Shown in pieces: positions 9,785 through 17,700 of a stretch of DNA of 64,000 nucleotides. The first letter of the stretch is position 1, and each line of letters opens with the position of its first letter. A program made the translations under genes and the position numbers. The notes below the pieces were generated by a model. It made no database searches and was not told the DNA's origin. It saw only the letters and a list, made by a program, of their open reading frames with translations. This DNA comes from Thermoanaerobaculia bacterium (GTDB lineage Bacteria > Acidobacteriota > Thermoanaerobaculia > Gp7-AA8): assembly GCA_036522835.1 (NCBI GenBank), contig DATDFB010000296.1, forward strand, positions 1,351-65,350. Reading direction: 5' to 3'.

Positions 9785-9847
9785 TCTGCAGCGATCGCCC
9801 CTCACCCGGCGCTGCGCGCCACCCTCTCCCCGCAAGCGGGGCGAGGG
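9728..9847 (-). repeat. Composite palindromic (REP/MITE-like) element, copy A (three hairpins)
   Basis: Hairpins: ccttctccccg..cggggagaagg (9728-9754), ggatgagggg...cccctcaccc (about 9769-9806) and ccctctccccgc-aa-gcggggcgaggg (9822-9847). The same three hairpins occur in the same order, in opposite orientation, at 58826-58952. Confidence 0.65.
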
Positions 9848-9876
9848 ACCTTCGTCACGGTGACTCATGCAGAATT

Positions 9877-12800
9877 TCATTTCGATCCCAGCGCCGCGTT
9901 GGAGCATGGACTCTTCTCGGGGTATTGCTCGTCGGTGTAGCGGCTCCAGACTTCCTTGCTCAGCGGATCGAGCTTCGTGCTGCAGAGGTGCGCGGCCAGG
10001 ACGTCGGTGCGCGCGTCGGAGATGCGGATGGCCGGTTCCTTGCCGCCGGAGATGACGCCGCTGCCGTCGGCGTTGAACGCCACCGCCCACACCCATCCCT
10101 CCTGCCGGGGGAGCACCTGCGGCAAGGCTTCGGGCTTGCCGGTTTGCCACAGCCGGACCGTTCCGTCGGAGCTGCCGGAGGCGAAGACGCTGCCGTCCGG
10201 ACTGAAGCTGAGCGCGTTGACGCTGGCGCCGTGGCCGGAGTAGGTGAGCTCGGGCCCGTTTCGCAGCGGCGCGGCCACGATGCGTCCGTCCGCTCTGCCG
10301 CAGAGCAAACCGTTCCCGTTCGGCTCGAAGGCCAGGCTGCGGAGATCGTTCGCGTCCTTGCAGACGCGACGCGGCGGGGCATCCGGTTGGGCGACGTTCC
10401 ACAGCAACGCGCCCCCCGCCGGTTGGCTGGCGGCCACGCTCTTGCCGTCGGGGCTGAAGGCAACGGCGCGGACGCCGTTCTTGTTGTCCGCCGTGCGCAA
10501 CTGCCGCGGCGCGGCCGGATGGGCGGCGTCCCACAGCGCCACGGTGCCGTCGAGATTTCCGGCGGCGAGCAGCGATCCCTTCGATTGAAAGGCCAGCGAC
10601 ATCACCGCGGCGTTGCCGGCGGTGAGCTCCTGCGGCGCGGCGTTGCGGCTGCGGAGGTCGAAGAGCGCGATCTTGCCGGCGGCCGTGCCGGCGGCGAGGA
10701 GGTGGTCGCGCAACGCCAGCGTGCGCACCGGGCCGGCCAGGTGCCCGAAGGCCTTCGGCGGCAGCCAATGATCGCGGTCGTAGTCGTGGCGCGAGATCTG
10801 GCCGCTCTCGTCGCCGGCGAAGATGGTGCGGCCGTCGGGCGACACGGCGATGGCCAGCGCGCCATTCTTCTGCGGCAGCTTCTCGATGGTGTGCGACGGA
10901 TAGCGCGCGCCGACGGCGTGCATGGCCGCGAAGAGCTCCGCATCGCTCGGATCGCCGTGGTTCTCGCGGTTGAGGCGATACGCTTCGAGCACGAGGCGGA
11001 CGTCGACGCTGCGGGCCTCGCGCGAGGTCAGCGCCAGCGCGCGCGACGCCGAGAGGTGGCGCAGCGTCGTGGCCGTGTTGCGCTCCTCGTCGGCGCGGTC
11101 CCGGAGCGCCAGAGCCTCGTGCTGCGCCGCCTCGGCCATCTTGGCGCTCTCGCGCGCTTCCCGCTCGCTCTCGAGCGCTTTCCGCTGTTCGATCGTGGCC
11201 CGCTCGCGCGCGCTGTCGGCGAGCTTGCTCTGCTTCTTTGCGATCTCCGTCTGCGTCTCGGCGCGGACGCGCTGATGCTCGGCCTTCTCGCGCTCCTGCA
11301 CGGCCACCCTGCGCGCTTCTTCCGCGCTGCGCTTCTCGTCCTCGGCGCGGCGCTTCTCCAACTGCGCGCGCTTCTGCATGGCGTAGGCCCCTTCGCGCTC
11401 CTGCACCGCTTCGTACTGCGCCAGCTCCGCCGCGGTCTCTCCTCGCCACGCCTTGTAGCCGAGGTAGGTCATGAGCACGAACCCGGCCGAGAGGACGGCC
11501 AGGGCGATGCGCGAGCGCCGCAATTCGCGCCGGCGCCGCCGCTCGCGGGCCTGCGCTTTGTCGTCGCGCTCTTTCATGCTGGCGTCGAGGAAGGCCATGG
11601 CCGGCGCGAACGCCGGGTCGTAGCGGTCCGCCCACTCCGGCGTCGGCTTCTCTTTCTCGCGCCAGGTCAGCGCGAACTGCAGCTCCGGATCGCGCCACAG
11701 CGCCACGCGGCCTTCCGCGTACCGCTGCGCCGCCTGGGCCACGTTGAGATAGAGCTGCCCGGCGTGCGCTTCGTCGTCGGCCCACTTCGACAGCCGCGAC
11801 CAATTGCGCATCAGGCTCTCGTGCGAGATGTCGATGATGGAGCTGTCGTCGATCTCCACGTCCGCGGGCGGCATGAGGAACGAGCGGCCGGCGCGGCGGA
11901 AGCTCTCCGTCACCTGCGCGATCTCGCCGAGGCTGGCCTGCGACACCGCGCGGATCTCGCGCACCGAGGCGGGGCGCCGCACGCCGCGCGGATCCGAGGC
12001 CTTGTCGGTCAGCACCTTGAACATCTTCTCGGCGATCAACTGCCCGAGCTGGTCGAGCTCCCCGAAGGCCTCCTCGGCGTGCCGCGACAGCGCCTCGCGC
12101 ATCGTGCCGATCTCCTCGTAGTGGCGGAGGTCGAGCGGCTCGCCGGGCCGATGGCCCGACTGCCAGCGCTCCCACGTGCGCATCAGCGCGTGCTGCAGGA
12201 TGGGGAGCTGGTCGGGATCGTCGCCGACGTCGTTGAGGAGGCGCGACACCAGCCGCGGCGCGATCGTGGCGCCGCCCACGGCCACGGGGCCGGTGATGGC
12301 GCTGCGCAGCTCGTCGCGCGTCAGCCGCGGGACGAGATAGATCCCTTCGTTGAGCACCTCCGGCAGCGTGCCGAATTCCATGCAGTCGCCGATGAAGTCG
12401 GAGCGCATGGTGATGGCGATGTAGATCGGCACGTCGCTCTCGCGCGCCGCCAGGAGGAGCTTGACGAACGCCGCGGCATCGTCGCCGACGGCGCGGCGGC
12501 TGCGCTTGTAGCGGAAGATCTCTTCGAACTGGTCGACCAGGACCAGCACGTTGTCGGCCGCGCCGGTGTGCGACTGGCGCACGCACTCGACCAGGCCGAG
12601 GCGGCTGGCCCGCAGCGTCGTCTCGAACAGAGCGCGAGTGAGCGTTTCGTCGCTGCCGCTGCCGAGATCATCGGGAACGGTGAGCGCCGCGGCCAGATTG
12701 CCGATGGGGTCTTCGCCCGGACGCATCATCGCTACGCGCCACCGCGAGCCGGCGCGCGTCATCGCCCCGCCGTAGAGGCTGGGAATCAGACCGGAGCGGA

Positions 12801-13011
12801 CCAGCGACGACTTGCCGCTGCCGGAGCGGCCCAGGATGGAGAGAAAGCGCGTCGTGCGCAGCCTCCGCAGCAACTCGTCCGTCTGCCGCTCGCGCCCGAA
12901 GAAGAGATAGTCCTCGTCCGGCTCGAACGGGCGCAGTCCGGGGAACGGATTGACATCCGCCGTCGGATCGAGGCCGATGACGATGCCCGACGAGCCGGTG
13001 CTGGTTCTCAC
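9877..13011 (-). CDS. STAND-type P-loop NTPase (nSTAND/NACHT-like) - TM helix - coiled coil - 7x WD40 repeat protein (1044 aa)
   Basis: In frame with ORF 9877..14592. The GTG start at 13011 overlaps the TGA of the upstream TIR gene (GTGA). N-terminus: PFPGLRPFEPDEDYLFFGRE. Walker A: GRSGSGKSS. Walker B: VLVLVDQFEE. Hydrophobic helix: RIALAVLSAGFVLMTYLGY (aa 500-519). A roughly 130-aa E/R/K/A-rich coiled coil follows. WD40 blades include VNALSFSPDGSVFASGSSDGTVRLWQ and VRAVAFSPDGKSVAAS. Confidence 0.85.
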   Translation of the reverse strand: MRTSTGSSGIVIGLDPTADVNPFPGLRPFEPDEDYLFFGRERQTDELLRRLRTTRFLSILGRSGSGKSSLVRSGLIPSLYGGAMTRAGSRWRVAMMRPGEDPIGNLAAALTVPDDLGSGSDETLTRALFETTLRASRLGLVECVRQSHTGAADNVLVLVDQFEEIFRYKRSRRAVGDDAAAFVKLLLAARESDVPIYIAITMRSDFIGDCMEFGTLPEVLNEGIYLVPRLTRDELRSAITGPVAVGGATIAPRLVSRLLNDVGDDPDQLPILQHALMRTWERWQSGHRPGEPLDLRHYEEIGTMREALSRHAEEAFGELDQLGQLIAEKMFKVLTDKASDPRGVRRPASVREIRAVSQASLGEIAQVTESFRRAGRSFLMPPADVEIDDSSIIDISHESLMRNWSRLSKWADDEAHAGQLYLNVAQAAQRYAEGRVALWRDPELQFALTWREKEKPTPEWADRYDPAFAPAMAFLDASMKERDDKAQARERRRRRELRRSRIALAVLSAGFVLMTYLGYKAWRGETAAELAQYEAVQEREGAYAMQKRAQLEKRRAEDEKRSAEEARRVAVQEREKAEHQRVRAETQTEIAKKQSKLADSARERATIEQRKALESEREARESAKMAEAAQHEALALRDRADEERNTATTLRHLSASRALALTSREARSVDVRLVLEAYRLNRENHGDPSDAELFAAMHAVGARYPSHTIEKLPQKNGALAIAVSPDGRTIFAGDESGQISRHDYDRDHWLPPKAFGHLAGPVRTLALRDHLLAAGTAAGKIALFDLRSRNAAPQELTAGNAAVMSLAFQSKGSLLAAGNLDGTVALWDAAHPAAPRQLRTADNKNGVRAVAFSPDGKSVAASQPAGGALLWNVAQPDAPPRRVCKDANDLRSLAFEPNGNGLLCGRADGRIVAAPLRNGPELTYSGHGASVNALSFSPDGSVFASGSSDGTVRLWQTGKPEALPQVLPRQEGWVWAVAFNADGSGVISGGKEPAIRISDARTDVLAAHLCSTKLDPLSKEVWSRYTDEQYPEKSPCSNAALGSK

Positions 13012-14492
13012 GATGCCGCTCCGCGCGCCTTGGCGATGGCCTCGAGCAGCGGCGCGAGCGCCGCGGGATCGAAGCCGCCGGCCGGCTCGTGCACGAGGAT
13101 GGCCTCGTGCGTGCGGAAGCGCTCCTTCTGCGGCGTCGACGGCGCGCCGACGTAGATGCCCCGCGCCAGGAGCGGCCGCTCCCGCCCCAGGGCCGCGCTT
13201 TTCTGCAGCTCGCGCAGCTTCCGCCGCAGCCAGAGCTCGTCGCCCGCCCCGTAGTAGAGGAGGACCGCGTCGCAAGCGCGGAGGTTCTCCTCGTGCTCGA
13301 GCCGCGCCTGCGCTTCGTCTTCGTCGAAGAAGGGGAGGATGACCTCGTAGCCGGCGCCGAAGAGGTAATCCTCGAGCGGATGCGTGGCTTCGACGTCCCC
13401 TTGATCGCAGAGCAGATAGAGCCGCGGATGCTCCTCCTGCGTCGGAATGGAGGCGGCCTTCACCGCCGCCGGCGGCGGGGGAGCGAGCTTGCGGTAGATG
13501 ATCGACTTCAGATCCTCGATCGGAACTTCCAGCAGCTCCGCCGCGGCGTGCACCGTCGGATCGGTCTGGAGGTGGTTGACGAAGTTTCTCTGGCGCTCGT
13601 CTTCGATGTCGGTCGCCGACGAGAGCCAGATGACGCTCGACAACTTCGTTCCTTTGGCGATCTCCGACGCGAGCGTCTGCTGCCGCTCCACGATCGAGAC
13701 CGTCGCCCCCTCGGGCACGATGCCGTAGTTGCGGCCGACCAGGTGGATCGACACTCTGCTGCGCGCGAGCTGCTCGCGCACCATGGCGTCGAGGTCCGGC
13801 GCGACGAGGGGGAGGGCCCGGTCGGGCAGCACTTCGTACCCATTGCGGATGAGATCGCGCTTGATCGCCTCGCGCTCCTCGCGCAGCTCGTAGCTCGTCT
13901 CGGCCAGATAGAGCGTTCCCTTCGGCTCCGCCGGCGTGGTGGTCACGGCGTCGTTGTTCATCGCGTCGAGGAGCTGGGCGATGTCGTAGGCGAGGTCGTC
14001 GAGCTTGGTCAGAAACGCTCGCTCTTTGCCGTAGTCGCGCGACAGCTCCCGCGGCCGCCCGCTCTCGTCCTGAACGAAGAATTCGTAGCCGAGCATCGGC
14101 TGGACTTCCTCGGGGAGCCGCTCGAAGTTGACCGGCGTCTTGACCACCTTGAAGATGCGGGCCTTGTCGCCGATGCGCACGCCGCCGGTGCGCTCCGCGG
14201 CGCGGCAAAACTCTTTGAGCTCGCGGTTGCACCACTCGGACTGCACGTAGCGCGGCGAGAGGATCGACACCAGCGCCGCGATGCGCGGCAGCCGCTCCAT
14301 GATCGTGTCCGAGAAGATGTCGTTCCCTTGCAGCTTCAGATCGCGCCAGATCCTCGGTTTTTCCCCTCGTACCTGGGCCACGCGGATCTCCAGCAGCCGG
14401 TGCAGCTCGGAGACCCATCCGGGCTCGTCGGCGATCAGGGCTTGGTCGTCGATATGTGCATAGCTGATGAAGAAGTCGTGCTCGAAGGGCAT
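13008..14492 (-). CDS. TIR-domain protein followed by two further TIR/DUF4062-like alpha/beta modules (494 aa)
   Basis: ORF 13008..14492. N-terminus: MPFEHDFFISYAHIDD. TIR signature: LSPRYVQSEWCNRELKEF, with Glu91 at the position of the TIR NADase catalytic Glu. Second module: TLYLAETSYELREEREAIKRDLIRNGYEV (DUF4062-like S-x-x-L-x-x-E-R). Third module: RLYLLCDQGDVEATHPLEDYLFGAGYEVILPFFD. Confidence 0.85.
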   Translation of the reverse strand: MPFEHDFFISYAHIDDQALIADEPGWVSELHRLLEIRVAQVRGEKPRIWRDLKLQGNDIFSDTIMERLPRIAALVSILSPRYVQSEWCNRELKEFCRAAERTGGVRIGDKARIFKVVKTPVNFERLPEEVQPMLGYEFFVQDESGRPRELSRDYGKERAFLTKLDDLAYDIAQLLDAMNNDAVTTTPAEPKGTLYLAETSYELREEREAIKRDLIRNGYEVLPDRALPLVAPDLDAMVREQLARSRVSIHLVGRNYGIVPEGATVSIVERQQTLASEIAKGTKLSSVIWLSSATDIEDERQRNFVNHLQTDPTVHAAAELLEVPIEDLKSIIYRKLAPPPPAAVKAASIPTQEEHPRLYLLCDQGDVEATHPLEDYLFGAGYEVILPFFDEDEAQARLEHEENLRACDAVLLYYGAGDELWLRRKLRELQKSAALGRERPLLARGIYVGAPSTPQKERFRTHEAILVHEPAGGFDPAALAPLLEAIAKARGAAS

Positions 14493-14666
14493 GGATCGTT
14501 TTGGGAACCACTAAAGGAGTGACGCCGGGGGGTGTTTCCCTACCCAAATAATCGTCGGCGGGCTCATGGATGAACCCCCCGACAAACGGCACCAGGAGCT
14601 CCTCCGAACGCGTCGCCGTCGCCGTCGATCGGATCCGGCATTCCGTATATGGGAAAACGGCGCTGC

Positions 14667-14701
14667 GTAATAAAATGCGCCGTCGTCCGTCAATCCCTTA
14701 T
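14667..14701 (+). promoter_or_regulatory. Conserved AT-rich leader/promoter box upstream of ELW gene 1
   Basis: gtaataaaatgcgccgtcgtccgtcaatcccttat-ATG. The same box lies at the same distance upstream of ELW2 (19371-19404) and ELW4 (29167-29200). TAAAAT stands out in a high-GC context. Confidence 0.4.
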
Positions 14702-17700
14702 ATGCGCAGGCTCCTTTCCCTCGCACTCCTCCTCTGCTCGTTCTCGGCCTCGGCGCAGACGCCGTATCTGGTCAAGGACATCAACACGATCACGAGCGCG
14801 TCGCCGACGTCGTCGACGCCGACCGGCTTCTTCGTCTCCGGCTCGCGCATCTACTTCGGCGCGGTCACGGCCGACGGCGGCACCGCGCTCTGGGCGACGG
14901 ACGGCACGGCCGCCGGCACCGTACAGGTCGCCGGCTTTCCGCAGAGTTACGCGCCGTTGATGCCGTCGCGGTTTCTCGCGCTCAACGGCAAGGTCGTTTT
15001 CAACGCCAACGACTACGCCCATGGCGAAGAGCTGTGGATCACCGACGGCACGAGCGCGGAGACGCGCCTCCTCGCCGACATTGATCCAGGTCCCGCCGCC
15101 TCGAGCCCCGGCGACCGCATCGTCTACCACGGGAAACTGATCTTTGCCGCCGGCAACGACCTCACCGGCCGCGAGCTGTGGATCAGCGACGGGACGGGGG
15201 CGGGCACGCGGTTGCTGAAGGATCTGGTGCCGGGGACGGGCGGCAGCGACCCGAATGGTTTCACGCTGCTCAACGACGTCGTCTACTTCGGCGCCGCCAA
15301 GGGCTTGTGGAAGACGGACGGCACGGAGGGCGGCACGGTGCTGGTGAAGGCGACCGACAAGGTCTCCGACATGGCCATCGTCGGTTCGCGCCTCTATTTC
15401 CGCGATTTCAACACGATGTGGACGAGCGACGGAACGGAGGCGGGAACGCAATCGCTCGGCACATTCACGGCGATTTATCTGGGCGGGCTCACGCCGTTCG
15501 GCGACAAATTGATTTTCGAAGCCGTCGCGCCGCCGTTCGGCGGCGAATTCTGGATTACGGACGGCACCGCCGCCGGAACACACGTGATCCGCGATATCGA
15601 GCCAAACTCCTCGTCGGTGGCGCAGGTCGCCTTCACCACCGTGGTCGGCAACGTCGCCTACTTCTCCGCGTTCACCATCGCCAACGGTCAGGAGCTTTGG
15701 AAAACCGACGGCACCGAGGCGGGGACGGCGCTGGTCAAAGACATCAATCCGGGCAGCGGCGGCAGCGGCGCCGCGCCGCTGTTCGCCCTCGGCGGGAAGC
15801 TCTATTTCGCCGCCAGCAGCACTACCCCCACCAACTCCAGCAACGGTTTGGCGCGGACGTTGTGGGTCACCGACGGCACGGCCGCCGGAACGCGGCAGGT
15901 GAGCAGCGGGGGGCGGCCGGTCGGCGTGAGTGTGGCGTTCGACGGCCGTCCCATGGTGGCCAGCCTCAACGGCGTCTTCTACTTCGCCGGCGCGGGTGGC
16001 TTGAACGGGTTCGAGCTGTGGCGGAGCGACGGCACCGACGACGGCACGTACCAGGTCGCCAATCTGACGTCCGACGATCCGCCGTCGTCGTATCCGCGCA
16101 ATCTCGTCGCCGCCGGCGACTGGGTCTACTTCGAAGCGTGGGACGGTCTCGGCACCTCCACCCCCGTCACCTCTTCCTTCTTCGATCTGCCGCGAGCGCT
16201 CTGGCGCAGCGATGGTACGGCCGCCGGAACGCTCCCGCTGACGGACCTGCCGCCGCCCTTCGCCACGTACTTCCCGGCATCGGGACACACGCTCTACTTC
16301 ACGAAAGGGAACGTCCTCTGGAGCAGCGACGGCACGCCCGAGGGGACGGCGCCGGCGACGGCGATCGTCAACCGCTTCCCGAAACCGCCGGGGTCTTTTT
16401 TCGTCGTCGGCGACAAGATCTTCGCCAGCATCTCCGATGCCTCGTTTCAGAACAGCCAATTGTGGGCGACGACGACCGCGCCCGACGCTCCGGCCGTGGC
16501 GCTCGGCGTGCCCGGTGTATTCACATTCATCGACGTTGCCGGCCGGGCCATGTTTGCCGGCAACTCCATGGTCGGTGTCAGCGACGGCACGCCGGCAGGC
16601 ACGACGTTCGCGATTGTGCCGAACCTCGGATCCGTCGACGCGACGAGCCTCACCGTTGTCCGCGGGCAGTTGTACTTCGTGAGCGGCGGGAACCTGTGGA
16701 AGAGCGACGGCACCGCGGGCGGCACCACGATCGTGAAGAAGGTCCCCGACGGTACCAAATCTCTCGTCGCCGCGGGGAAGCAGCTCTTCTTCGTCGGCGC
16801 GGCTGAGCTCTGGGTCAGCGACGGCACGGACGCCGGCACGCACTCGCTTGGCGTGAAGTCGCTCGCGAACGTCGCCGCCGTGGGCGACCGCGTCGTCTTT
16901 TCGAGCAAGGATTCGGCGAACGGCGAGGAGCTGTGGGTGAGCGATGGCACCGCCGAGGGGACGCACTTCCTGCGCGACCTCCTGCCTGGCGCGTTCGGTT
17001 CGTTTCCGACGGATTTCACGAGCATCGCCGGCTCCGTCTATTTCACCGTCCTGGCCGGCTCGTCCACGTACGGATCGGTGTGGGTGACGGACGGCACGGC
17101 GGAGGGGACGAAGCTCGCCGCGGCGGTCGAGCCCGGAAAGGGCTCGGGCACACCGCCGGCCTACACGAAAGCGGGAGAGCGCATCTTCTTCAGCGGAACG
17201 ACGCCGTCGGCGGGCACGGAGCTGTGGGCGATCCCCCTTCCGCCGTCGCCGCGGCTGAGCATCAACGATGTCCGCGTGACGGAGGGGGATGCGGGGACGG
17301 CCACGGCGCGCTTCACCGTGACGTTGTCGCCGGCGTCGGCGCAGAGCGTCACCGTCGACTTTGCGACGTCCGACGGCACCGCCTCCGCCGGCAGCGATTA
17401 CGACGCCGCCTCGGGCACGCTGACGTTCGCGGCGGGAGAGACGTCGAAGAGCGTCGACGTCCGCGTCCGCGGCGACGCCGACCTCGAGAACAACGAGACC
17501 TTCTTCGTCACTCTGCGCAACGCCGCCGGCGCCTCGCTGGAGAAGCCGCTCGGCTTCGCCGTCATCGACGACGACGACCTGACGGCCGACCTGTCGCTGT
17601 CGCCGGACTTCGTCAGTTGGGGCGACACCAGCGTCGTCATCGCCGCCGCCAACGCCGGTCCGGTGACGGCAAACGGGATCGCCGTGCAGACCACGATCAC

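Noticed and set aside
7232-12586. 1784-aa minus-strand ORF from the track
   Set aside because: Only the last 850 codons look like a protein (TonB-dependent receptor with a signal peptide at ATG 9784). The upstream about 930 codons are Arg/Ala/Gly/Pro-rich read-through in the wrong frame across the STAND-WD40 gene.
9877-14592. 1571-aa minus-strand ORF as a single gene
   Set aside because: The N-terminal about 527 codons are low-complexity Arg/Ala sequence out of frame with the well-formed TIR gene (13008..14492). The protein-like part begins at the GTG at 13011, which overlaps the TIR stop, so I split it into two genes.
14675-14704. Possible conserved upstream ORF or N-terminal extension (M-x-P/R-R-P-S-I-P) in the ELW leaders
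   Set aside because: The upstream ATG is in frame with the main ORF for ELW1. It is out of frame for ELW2, where it terminates at a TGA overlapping the main ATG, and for ELW4. The conservation is therefore at the nucleotide level, not the peptide level.
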